DNA of 64,000 nt from an uncultured Eubacteriales bacterium (GTDB lineage Bacteria; Bacillota; Clostridia; Oscillospirales; CAG-272). The DNA lies in contig CAKRPQ010000002.1 of the NCBI GenBank assembly GCA_934385225.1, positions 219 through 64,218 of the forward strand. Direction: 5' to 3'. The notes under the pieces are model-generated. The model was not told the origin of the DNA. It ran no database searches and saw only the letters and a list, made by a program, of their open reading frames with translations. A program made the position numbers and the translations under genes. This document shows positions 52,200 to 61,131 of this stretch, piece by piece; position 1 is the first letter of the stretch, and each line of letters starts with the position of its first letter.

Positions 52200-54719
52200 T
52201 TATTTTTCGAGTGCTTTGAAAAGCTCAAAGACATCGTTCTTAGAATAGAAATAATCCTTTGAGATGATCTCGTCGCTGTCATCCGAATATGCAAAGGACC
52301 ATGGAGTTGTCCAGGTCAGAATATATGCCGTTTTCATACCGTAACGGTCACGCCATGAGATAAGCTCGTCATATGCGTATTTTGCCATTTTTTCGTTACC
52401 GCCCTTCGGGACGCGCGACGAAACGCCGTATTCGGTATATGCGAACAGCTTTTCGGGCGCAACCTTTTTCAGAACGTTATAGGACGAAACGGCGGTAGCC
52501 TCGGCACTTCCGTATATATCGTATCCTGCCATATCGACATAATCGTCCCCTGGGTAACACGACGCCGAAAGAGCGTCATTTCCCGCGTTCGGCGAATAGA
52601 CCCACAGAAGATTATCAAGTCCGTAAACGTCCGTATAATAATCGTAAACGTACTGCCAGAGGCGAATGAAGTAGGACGAATCGAGCGTTTTCTGCGCCTT
52701 TTTCGTTCCCGGCGTAACAATGCCGTTTTCGTCGACAGTATAGTTGTAGATAGTCTGCGTAGGGCTCCACCAGAACCAGCCGCCGTTGAATTCGTGGAAC
52801 GGCCGCCAGAGAACGGGAACGTCGTTTCGTTTTAACATCAGCAGAAATTCGGCGTCGAGATCAAGCTCTTCTCTGAACTTCGTATTAAGCACAGTTCCGT
52901 CCGTGAGAAGCTCCTCCCATGCGTCCTCAAAGCCGAGCCAGCCACGCATTGCGCCTTTCGTACCGGGCACGAATCCGCCTGTCCCCGCGGGATTATCGAA
53001 ATGAGAGGACGCGGTTACGATGCCGCCCTCGTGCGCGTATTTTACAAGACTCTTTATGTAATTGTCCTTTTGCAGATCGGTAAGACTTTCGAGCTGTATT
53101 CCGTAGTCGGCAAGGTCTATGCCTATTATGCTCATTTCCTTGCCCGATGCCGTTCCCGACCTAAAATATTCAAGTGTATCGTCAAAATCTTTATTCGCCT
53201 GCATTCCCATAATGACGTGGTCATTATCGTTATAAACATTCTTCATAACCGTCATAAGGTCATCGCGCGAGTATCTGACGGAGTTGCCCTTTCCGCGCGT
53301 ATCGGAGAGTATGCGGCTTGCAAAAGCGTTGTGCGCTTCCGTTTCGATCTTGTCAAGCCCCTGTCCGAAGTACCTTTCGCACGCTTTTCTGAGCGTACTT
53401 CCGCTCGCCATGGTATACACGCTGAACGTTTCGCCCGTCGTGTGGTTCTTTATCGTCGCATACGCCCTTGAAACTATGGTTGAGGTCGCCTTCATAACCT
53501 CGTCTCCGCCCTCAAAACCAGTTGCCGTCGCGGCAAAACGAATACTCCCGTTCTCAAATTTTTCGCATATCTTGCCGATAAAAACGCCGTCGCGCATAAT
53601 TTCTATCTTTTTCGCGCCTGCGGAATTTTCGTCAAAGCTGTCAAGAACGTAATCGCTTCTGCAAGTTATTATACCATACGAAGAAACCTCATAGCCGCCC
53701 GCCTCTATCTCTCCCGCGTCCTCTCGGAAGCGGTAAACGGAGCGAAGTCCCCTGTAATCTTCAAGTCTTATGCTGTAACCCTCAAAAACTATTATCTTTT
53801 TCGCGTAAAGCGTCAGATCGCCCGTTTCGTATTCGCTAAAATCGTAAAGCTCGGTAAAGCTGCTGTCCTTGAAGTAGAGAAGCGCATCGTCCGAAGCATA
53901 TCTGTTAACAGAATTGAGTTTGACACCCGTCAGATATGTTTTTTTCAAGACTTTCCCGTCAAAGACCGTAGTCAGGAGAAAAGTTTTCGGAACATATCGC
54001 GCCGAAAGTCCTTTTTCGGCGGCAAAAGCGTCCGCGGCGGAGCCTTTTTCGCACCAGATCTCGGTAACGGTAGACGGGAAAGCGGTATCGGAAATGTTTT
54101 GCACACCGCTGTCGACACGAACTTTTGTCAGCTTGACACAGCCCGCAAAAATCTCACTCGGCATATTCGACGCGCTTCCGATATAACGCATATCCGCAAG
54201 TCCGTCGACGGGAACACACCCCTCTATCGTCACGCTGCGCAGATTTTTACAATTTTTGAAAGCACCTGCGTTTATCTGTGAAATGCCTTGCGTTATCGTT
54301 ATTTCTTCAAGATTCTCGTGACCCGAAAACGCATTATTCGATATTTTGCCGAAATTGCCCGAAAGAACGACCTTTTTAACGAGGTTTCTGTATTTATACC
54401 AGCCGCCATACTTTTCCGATATTTTTTGCGTTCCGCCCGACCCCGTTTCGTTGTATACCGTATCGTTTGAAACTATCGTAAGAATACCCGTTTCGGTATC
54501 AAGCGACCAGCTGTTATCGACGATCTTATAAAAATGCGCGTCGCTCGTGTTGTCTGTCGGAACGTAATTGTTTTTTATACTTCCGTCCTCATTGAACGTC
54601 TTTGTAAGTCCGTAAAAGAATTTACCGCTGACATTCTCGGCATGTACCGCAAGCGCAAGTGCGGCACACACGAGCAGAACCGTCGCCGCAAATGCGGCTG
54701 TTTTTCGTAATCCTTTCAT
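52200..54719 (-). CDS. Secreted BspA-type leucine-rich-repeat protein fused to a GH26 beta-mannanase domain
   Basis: Signal peptide (AAFAATVLLVCAALALAVHA). LRR units (ISNNAFSGHENLEEITI, INAGAFKNCKNLRSVTI). The GH26 hallmark WRPFHEFNGGWFWW is present, with the nucleophile region FAYTEYG. Confidence 0.85.
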   Translation of the reverse strand: MKGLRKTAAFAATVLLVCAALALAVHAENVSGKFFYGLTKTFNEDGSIKNNYVPTDNTSDAHFYKIVDNSWSLDTETGILTIVSNDTVYNETGSGGTQKISEKYGGWYKYRNLVKKVVLSGNFGKISNNAFSGHENLEEITITQGISQINAGAFKNCKNLRSVTIEGCVPVDGLADMRYIGSASNMPSEIFAGCVKLTKVRVDSGVQNISDTAFPSTVTEIWCEKGSAADAFAAEKGLSARYVPKTFLLTTVFDGKVLKKTYLTGVKLNSVNRYASDDALLYFKDSSFTELYDFSEYETGDLTLYAKKIIVFEGYSIRLEDYRGLRSVYRFREDAGEIEAGGYEVSSYGIITCRSDYVLDSFDENSAGAKKIEIMRDGVFIGKICEKFENGSIRFAATATGFEGGDEVMKATSTIVSRAYATIKNHTTGETFSVYTMASGSTLRKACERYFGQGLDKIETEAHNAFASRILSDTRGKGNSVRYSRDDLMTVMKNVYNDNDHVIMGMQANKDFDDTLEYFRSGTASGKEMSIIGIDLADYGIQLESLTDLQKDNYIKSLVKYAHEGGIVTASSHFDNPAGTGGFVPGTKGAMRGWLGFEDAWEELLTDGTVLNTKFREELDLDAEFLLMLKRNDVPVLWRPFHEFNGGWFWWSPTQTIYNYTVDENGIVTPGTKKAQKTLDSSYFIRLWQYVYDYYTDVYGLDNLLWVYSPNAGNDALSASCYPGDDYVDMAGYDIYGSAEATAVSSYNVLKKVAPEKLFAYTEYGVSSRVPKGGNEKMAKYAYDELISWRDRYGMKTAYILTWTTPWSFAYSDDSDEIISKDYFYSKNDVFELFKALEK

Positions 54720-54820
54720 TTATTTTATCCTCTCTGTCATTGTATAGCGATATATATATTTTATTATAGCATATTATGGAAGCAAAATCAACACCCGCCG
54801 CAAAAAAACGGTTAATATTT

Positions 54821-54867
54821 TTTTAAGAATTTAAGTACTTTTATTTTAAGAAAATTTCTGTTACAAT
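54821..54867 (+). promoter_or_regulatory. Candidate response-regulator boxes and promoter of the two-component operon
   Basis: TTTTAAGAA occurs at 54821..54829 and 54844..54852, 23 bp apart, and a third TTAAG occurs at 54831. TACAAT -10 at 54862..54867 with a poor -35 (TTTTAT). Confidence 0.4.
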
Positions 54868-54896
54868 ATAGGTATCAAACAAGTAAGAGGTGCAAA

Positions 54897-55604
54897 ATGA
54901 ACAAAATTCTTGTCTGCGACGATGAAAACGACATTGTTAAAGCTCTCGAAATCTATCTGACGTCCGAAGGGTACGAGGTAATAAAGGCGGAAAACGGAAA
55001 AGAGGCACTCGAAATACTCGAAAACGAAAGCGGATATATTTCGCTAATACTTCTCGACGTGATGATGCCGGTCATGGACGGCATAACGACGATGAAGCAC
55101 CTGCGCGAAAAATACAACATCCCCGTAATTCTTCTGACGGCAAAAAGTGAGGACACGGACAAGGTTCTCGGACTCAACATAGGAGCCGACGACTATGTGA
55201 CAAAGCCGTTCAGCCCGACGGAACTTCTCGCAAGGGTGCGCTCGCAGGTTCGGCGCTATACCATGCTCGGCGGTGCGAAAAAAACCGAGAACGCTGACGT
55301 AATATCTGTCGGAAATATTGACCTTGACGTAAAAAAGCGGACGGTAACCGTTGACGGCGAGCCGATCACTCTGACGGCAACGGAATACGACATTCTGCGT
55401 CTGTTTATGTCGCACCCCGGCGAGGTCTTTTCGACAAAAGAAATCTACAAAAACGTCTGGAAACAGGTTCCCATAGGTGAGGAAAACACCATTGCCGTTC
55501 ACATTCGCCATCTGCGCGAGAAAATAGAGATAAATCCCGCCGAGCCGAGATGCCTTAAAGTCGTCTGGGGTCAGGGATACAAACTTGAAGGGAGTACGAA
55601 ATAA
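54897..55604 (+). CDS. OmpR/PhoB-family response regulator
   Basis: Receiver domain (ILVCDDE, LILLDVMMP, LTAKS) plus a winged-helix output domain (LTATEYDILRLF...VWGQGYKL). Confidence 0.93.
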   Translation: MNKILVCDDENDIVKALEIYLTSEGYEVIKAENGKEALEILENESGYISLILLDVMMPVMDGITTMKHLREKYNIPVILLTAKSEDTDKVLGLNIGADDYVTKPFSPTELLARVRSQVRRYTMLGGAKKTENADVISVGNIDLDVKKRTVTVDGEPITLTATEYDILRLFMSHPGEVFSTKEIYKNVWKQVPIGEENTIAVHIRHLREKIEINPAEPRCLKVVWGQGYKLEGSTK

Positions 55605-55605
55605 A

Positions 55606-57567
55606 ATGAAAAAAACATTTGTGTTCAAAGCTTTTGCGTTCATTCTCTGCTGCATTACACTCGTCTCGTCGGTTTTTTTCACCGCGCTTACATTTGCCAT
55701 AGCGGACGGCGGTTTTTACACAAGACCTCTTGACACGATACGCTCCGACGCGCTCGACAGCTTCCTCTACCAAAAAGTCGACGAATACGGAAGAAGATAC
55801 TATCATTCCACGGAATTTTTTGAGAGCAACGCCGAAAGGAACAACATTCTCTACGAAATATACGACGTCGAAAGTGGCAAAATCGTCGCCTCGAACGTAG
55901 GCAAAAAGGGCGAAAAATCGTCCGTCAGCGTGACGGAAACATACACCTATGTGACGTACTCGGACAGTGAAAATTCGTTCAATATATACAATGGAGAATC
56001 TCCTTATATTTACGAAATAAATCCCGAGGGACGGACGATATCGGATCGAAAAACATACAGAATTACCCTCTCGATCCCCGAAAAATACTTCACAAAGGAC
56101 GATATTTCGGTGACGGACAACCTCATCAAAACCGCTTACGGCGCAAAGGTCGCAATTCCCGCCACAGCCGCCGTCAGTGTTCTTATAAGTCTTGTTCTCC
56201 TTATTTTCCTCCTTGCGTCGGCCGGCAAAAAGAGCTTTTCGGGCGGCGAAGTCTGCGAAAATTTCTTTGACATAATACCGTATGACCTCCTTATCGTAAT
56301 ATACTGCGCCATTGTCGCTGCCGCCGCGGTGCTCTTCTCGGAGTTGCCGACATACCGTGCAAACGGCATTCTTATATCGTTTATTATCGTGCTTCTTGCG
56401 TCGTTTGCGCTAGCCGCGCTCCTTATCCTGTTCCTTATGACGACTTCGACAAGAATAAAAACGAAAAAACTGTTTACAAATACCGTAATATGGTATATAA
56501 TAAAAGGACTGTTCAGGCTGCTCCGTTTAATCGGACGCGGATTTTCGGAAATATTCCGCAATCTCGGCGTTTACGCGAAAACGATACTTATGCTCGTCTG
56601 CGCCATGATCCTCGGCGGAATACTCGTTGCCGTCGCAAACGATGACGGCGGTGCAGGTGTGTTCTTCATGATAATCATCTGGGACGTTCTTGCCGCATAC
56701 TCGCTTTACCGCGCATACGGGCTTAACCGTCTTATGAAAGACGAGGAAAAGCTCGCGCACGGCGATCTTTCTCACGAGGTGGACAAGCGACACCTTGTAG
56801 GTTCTCTGCGCCGCCACGCCGAATATCTCGGAAGCATCAGAGCGGGAATGTCCGCGGCGGTAGAGGAGAGAACGCGCAGCGAACACTTCAAAACGGAGCT
56901 TATAACGAATGTATCGCACGATCTGAAAACACCGCTCACCTCAATCGTGAACTACACCGCGCTCCTCAAAGCAGAACAGGAGAAAGAACAGCCAGACGAA
57001 ACGAAAATGCGCGAATATACGGAGATTCTCGAAAGGCAGTCCGCGAAGCTCCGCAAACTGACGGAGGATCTTGTCGAAGCGTCGAAAGCGTCAACGGGTA
57101 ATCTCAAATGCGAACCCGTTCTGCTCGACGTCGGAGAGCTTATCACGCAGGCGGCGGGCGAATACGCGGAACGCTTTGACGAAAAGAAACTCGAAATGAT
57201 AATCCGCGAACCCGACGGCACCGCGAACGTAATGGCGGACGGCAGGCATATGTGGCGAATATTCGACAATCTGCTCGGAAACATCGCGAAATACGCGCTC
57301 GAAGGCACCCGCGTTTACATCTCTCTTTATGCCCAGGAAGGCAGAGCGACGGCGATATTCAGAAACACTTCAAAATATGAACTGAAACTTGACTCGGCGG
57401 AACTTTCCGAACGTTTCGTGCGCGGCGACGCGTCAAGACACACCGACGGAAGCGGTCTTGGGCTCTCCATTGCAAAGAGCCTCGCCGAACTTCAAGGCGG
57501 AACGCTTGACGTCGTGACAGACGGCGACCTCTTCAAGGTCATTCTCACGTTTCCCTTGGCAAAATAA
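55606..57567 (+). CDS. Sensor histidine kinase, multi-TM
   Basis: H-box NVSHDLKTPLTSI, N-box DNLLGNIAKYA, G-boxes DGSGLGLSIAKSL. Several TM helices. Start set at ATG 55606, 1 nt after the response-regulator stop. Confidence 0.92.
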   Translation: MKKTFVFKAFAFILCCITLVSSVFFTALTFAIADGGFYTRPLDTIRSDALDSFLYQKVDEYGRRYYHSTEFFESNAERNNILYEIYDVESGKIVASNVGKKGEKSSVSVTETYTYVTYSDSENSFNIYNGESPYIYEINPEGRTISDRKTYRITLSIPEKYFTKDDISVTDNLIKTAYGAKVAIPATAAVSVLISLVLLIFLLASAGKKSFSGGEVCENFFDIIPYDLLIVIYCAIVAAAAVLFSELPTYRANGILISFIIVLLASFALAALLILFLMTTSTRIKTKKLFTNTVIWYIIKGLFRLLRLIGRGFSEIFRNLGVYAKTILMLVCAMILGGILVAVANDDGGAGVFFMIIIWDVLAAYSLYRAYGLNRLMKDEEKLAHGDLSHEVDKRHLVGSLRRHAEYLGSIRAGMSAAVEERTRSEHFKTELITNVSHDLKTPLTSIVNYTALLKAEQEKEQPDETKMREYTEILERQSAKLRKLTEDLVEASKASTGNLKCEPVLLDVGELITQAAGEYAERFDEKKLEMIIREPDGTANVMADGRHMWRIFDNLLGNIAKYALEGTRVYISLYAQEGRATAIFRNTSKYELKLDSAELSERFVRGDASRHTDGSGLGLSIAKSLAELQGGTLDVVTDGDLFKVILTFPLAK

Positions 57568-57607
57568 TAAAGGACGGCAGAAACCGTCCGCCCGAAAGGA
57601 TTTTTCA

Positions 57608-58570
57608 ATGGTTAAAAGAACACTGTCAACCCTTCTTCTCGTTTTAACGATAATTTTCCCATTTTCGCTGTCGCTTTTATCCTGTAAAAGCAGAACGGCG
57701 AGCCTTTCGGGCAGGCAAAGTGCCGTGCTTCACTCGGACGGAGCAATCGGCGCAATGGCAATCGAAAATATTCCCGACGACGTATCAAAATATCCGAAAA
57801 TTGCCGCCGCACAGGCTTTTGTCTGCGACGCGGACAGCGAAAAAATGCTTTTTGCGCGCGGCGCGGGCAAAGTTCTCTACCCCGCGAGTACAACAAAGCT
57901 CCTTTCTATACTCTGCGCGCTCGAAATCCTCGACACGGACGCCGAGATCACGCCCGGTGACGAGCTTGACCTTGTAAACGAACATTCGTCGCTCGCGTTT
58001 GTGCGGCGCAATCACACGCTGACGGTCGAAATGCTGATAGAGGGAATGCTTCTTCCGTCGGGAAACGACGCGGCATACGCGCTCGCGGCGGCGGCGGGCA
58101 AAGAACTCGCGGGAAATAAAGCGTGGGCTCGTGAAGCTGTCGACACATTCGTCGCGTATATGAACGACTACGCGGAAAGGCTCGGAATGTGCGGCAGTCA
58201 CTTCACCTCTCCCGACGGCTTTTACGACCCCGACAACTATTCGACAGTCGAAGATATGGCTCTCCTTTCGCTCGCCGCGTCGAAAAATCCGATAATTACA
58301 AAGTATGCGTGCCTTGAAAGCGACAACGTCACATACGCGAGCGGTCACACGAACACGTGGGTAAATACAAACCGTATGCTCCATGAGGACGACGTTTACT
58401 ATGAGCCGTCCGTCACGGGATTGAAAACGGGGACGGCGGCAGAGGACAATTCATGTCTCATATGCACCTTTACCTTAGGCGGAAATAACTACATCGCGGG
58501 CGTATTCTCCGAAATCGACAAGGATATTCGCTTTGAAGATATGAAAAAAATAATTGATTTTTACAAATAA
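57608..58570 (+). CDS. Serine-type D-Ala-D-Ala carboxypeptidase (S11), probable lipoprotein
   Basis: SxxK motif (PASTTKLL), SxN motif (LPSGNDAA), KTG motif (GLKTGT). The signal peptide ends in LSLLSC. Confidence 0.88.
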   Translation: MVKRTLSTLLLVLTIIFPFSLSLLSCKSRTASLSGRQSAVLHSDGAIGAMAIENIPDDVSKYPKIAAAQAFVCDADSEKMLFARGAGKVLYPASTTKLLSILCALEILDTDAEITPGDELDLVNEHSSLAFVRRNHTLTVEMLIEGMLLPSGNDAAYALAAAAGKELAGNKAWAREAVDTFVAYMNDYAERLGMCGSHFTSPDGFYDPDNYSTVEDMALLSLAASKNPIITKYACLESDNVTYASGHTNTWVNTNRMLHEDDVYYEPSVTGLKTGTAAEDNSCLICTFTLGGNNYIAGVFSEIDKDIRFEDMKKIIDFYK

Positions 58571-58590
58571 CAAAGACAAAATTCAAGCCT

Positions 58591-58628
58591 CCCGCGGCAG
58601 TTTATCGAAACTGCCGCGGGATTTTTTC
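58591..58628 (+). terminator. Intrinsic terminator of the two-component / carboxypeptidase operon
   Basis: CCCGCGGCAG (58591..58600) / CTGCCGCGGG (58611..58620), followed by ATTTTTT. Confidence 0.8.
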
Positions 58629-58697
58629 GTTTTTTGCGGCGATAAAAAATATTTTCCCCAAAAACGATTTTGTACAAGGTAATAATGAAAAAGTCCA

Positions 58698-58726
58698 TTT
58701 ACAAAATTATCCCGCGATGATATGAT
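58698..58726 (+). promoter_or_regulatory. Candidate promoter of the 58766 gene
   Basis: TTTACA (58698..58703), a 17-nt spacer, then TATGAT (58721..58726). Confidence 0.5.
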
Positions 58727-58765
58727 TATATCACAAAAGCCTAAAATAAAGGGAGAACAACGAAT

Positions 58766-60248
58766 ATGAAAAACAAAATCTACAACATATCCGTCGACGA
58801 TGTCTCGGGGTGCGTAAGCAAAATTACGCTCAATGATGACGAAAACGGTATGAACTGGTGTTCCACCGGCGGACTATGGGGCAGAATACACAACCGTGAA
58901 ATGAAGCTCGTTTCATATGATTACGACGAAAACGGCGGCGAAAGTATATATCAAAACGATAAAATATCCGTGCGTTTCATACGCAGATTCCTCGAAAACG
59001 GGAATTTTTCCGAAAGCTGCGTTATAACTAACGTTTCGGGCACCGTTCTCTGTGTGAACCGCGACAATTTCGGCATTGAATTTCCGTTCAACGACCGCTA
59101 CACGACCGCCGACGAATGTATGGTACGCCACTGCAACACGCACATTTGGTGCGGTCACGACACGGCGTGGGTAAACGCGCTGAAAATGGGTGACTCCGAT
59201 CTTAATCTCGGTCTTTTCTTTACCGAAGGATCGATCGACTGCTACTGCCAGAACAACTGCGGAGACAACTACCGCGGAATTTTCATCCTTTGCCCGACGA
59301 GCGTGCTTCTCAAAAACGGCGAAAGCTACACACTGAGCTGGGAGGTCTTCCGTCACACGGGAAACGACGATTTCTTCGCAAAGTTGTCCGAGTACAAGCA
59401 CTATATTGATATAAAAGCGAAACACTACACCGTATTTATGGGCGAGGACATAGAACTCACAATAAAATGCCGCAATATGCCAGAAGTATCCTGCCGTGGC
59501 GAAGTTATCGACGTCCGCGCCGAGGGCAATGGTGTCTATAAGGTCACATATAAACCGAGCATCACAGGCGAACATCGCTTCAAAGTGAAATCGGGAGAAT
59601 ACACGACATGGGCAGATATTATGGTAAAAATCCCGTTTGCGGAACTGCTCGAAAATCGCGTGCGTTTTATCGTCCGCAAGCAGCAGTGTCTTGACCCCGA
59701 AAGCCCGCTTTACGGTGCTTTCCTTATCTACGACAACGATTTCGACAGCATGTATTTTGATTACTCCGACCCCAATCACAACGCCTGCCGTAACTCACAT
59801 TTCCGAAATGGGACTTCTTTGCGATGACAAAGAACACTACATAAAAGAAGCGAAAATGCATATGGAGTGCCTGGCGCGTTTTTCGGGACATCAGCCGAGC
59901 TTCCATCTTAACGAAATAGCGATACGTTACCGGGACGATTTCTGGTTCGGCAAAAACAGAATAATGGGCGATACTCTTCCGCATCACCTCAGCTGTCTTA
60001 CAGCCCGCTCTTATATCGCGTACAGCAGACTGTCTCACGAAACCGAATGGCTTGACAACGCCGAAGAGTGCATCAGAAACTGTATGTGCCTTATCAGTGA
60101 CGACGGACGCGGCTCGGCTGCCTGCGTATATCCGTACAAGCTGAACGGAATAAGAGGAGAGTTCTTTGACCCGTGGTCAAACGACCAGGATCTCGTACTT
60201 TACGACGCGCTTTATCTGAACGACGTAAACGGAGCATTCGGATATTGA
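58766..60248 (+). pseudogene. Hypothetical protein split by a +1 frameshift, or two overlapping ORFs (58766..59827 and 59808..60248)
   Basis: ORF 58766..59827 (353 aa) and ORF 59637..60248 overlap in different frames. Both read through 59762..59827, with no RBS-like sequence before the second ORF's first ATG (59808). Together they have one promoter and one terminator. Confidence 0.55.
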
Positions 60249-60296
60249 AATCCATATCCTGAAAAACGATATTACGAAACCATATAAAAATTTAGA

Positions 60297-60338
60297 GCTA
60301 CCCCAAAACATTGAGTTTTGGGGCAGCCCCTTTTATTT
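60297..60338. terminator. Terminator hairpin at the GC-content boundary
   Basis: GCTACCCCAAAAC (60297..60309) - ATTGA - GTTTTGGGGCAGC (60315..60327) with one mismatch, followed by CCCTTTTATTT. Confidence 0.7.
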
Positions 60339-60356
60339 ATCTTTATTGTGCCTTAT

Positions 60357-61085
60357 TTAGTAGATTACGGCGTATTTTTGGAACCATAGCAGAGTATCAT
60401 CATCAATATCAGTTATGTACGCCCAGCCTCCCGTATTGCAGTTATAAAACGTTGTGTGCTTAAATTCGGAAGGCAGACAATCCTCGTCCTCGGTATAAAA
60501 CTGAATGACAAGAATAGGCTCACCGTTAAGGAAAAACAATCCGTTCGTCTTTATCCATATAATGTTGTGGTTCTCACCGTACCGCTCTTTAATAAAATCC
60601 ATATTCGGCGGAGTTATGCCGACTTTCTTCATATATTCTTCCGTATTATAAAGCTTATCCTCTTTAAGGTCAAGAAAAGCACTCTTTACGGAAATTTTTG
60701 TAGGAGCTGTACCATGCCGTTTCTCAAAAGCGGTTATACAGAGAAAATCATCAAGTTCTCCGCACACACCATACAGAGTAAGACCTGTGCAATTGAGATA
60801 TCCTTTATCCAGTCTATCAACTAATTTTGTCTTAAAATTGTTATAAATGTCAAGGTAATAATCGCTGAACTCTTTGTTTATCTCCTCTGTATGCACGGAA
60901 TTTGATTTTAGCTTCGGGATTTTGACGTTGATCAGTATGCTGTATTTTGTATTTTCGCAATGACTTTGAACATAATCTATTAAATATTCTACCCTGCGCG
61001 AACAGCCGGAAAGAGATAAGACGAGAACGATAAATAGAGCGAGAACAGGTGCGGTTATGCGTTTTCTTCCGTGTCTGTGTTGCAT
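60357..61085 (-). CDS. Hypothetical lipoprotein (low-GC island)
   Basis: Start set at ATG 61085, with AAGGAG upstream. The signal peptide and lipobox read VLALFIVLVLSLSGC. I recognise no family. The protein is cysteine-rich. Confidence 0.65.
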   Translation of the reverse strand: MQHRHGRKRITAPVLALFIVLVLSLSGCSRRVEYLIDYVQSHCENTKYSILINVKIPKLKSNSVHTEEINKEFSDYYLDIYNNFKTKLVDRLDKGYLNCTGLTLYGVCGELDDFLCITAFEKRHGTAPTKISVKSAFLDLKEDKLYNTEEYMKKVGITPPNMDFIKERYGENHNIIWIKTNGLFFLNGEPILVIQFYTEDEDCLPSEFKHTTFYNCNTGGWAYITDIDDDTLLWFQKYAVIY

Positions 61086-61131
61086 ACTTTGCTCCTTTTT
61101 ATTTTTTGTCTGCCCGTTTCCGACTAAAAAA

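Noticed and set aside
54897-58570. The idea that the two-component system plus carboxypeptidase is a vancomycin-resistance (van) cluster.
   Set aside because: No vanH, vanA/B/G ligase, vanX or vanT genes are present. The carboxypeptidase is a serine S11 (PBP5-like) enzyme and not the M15 VanY type.
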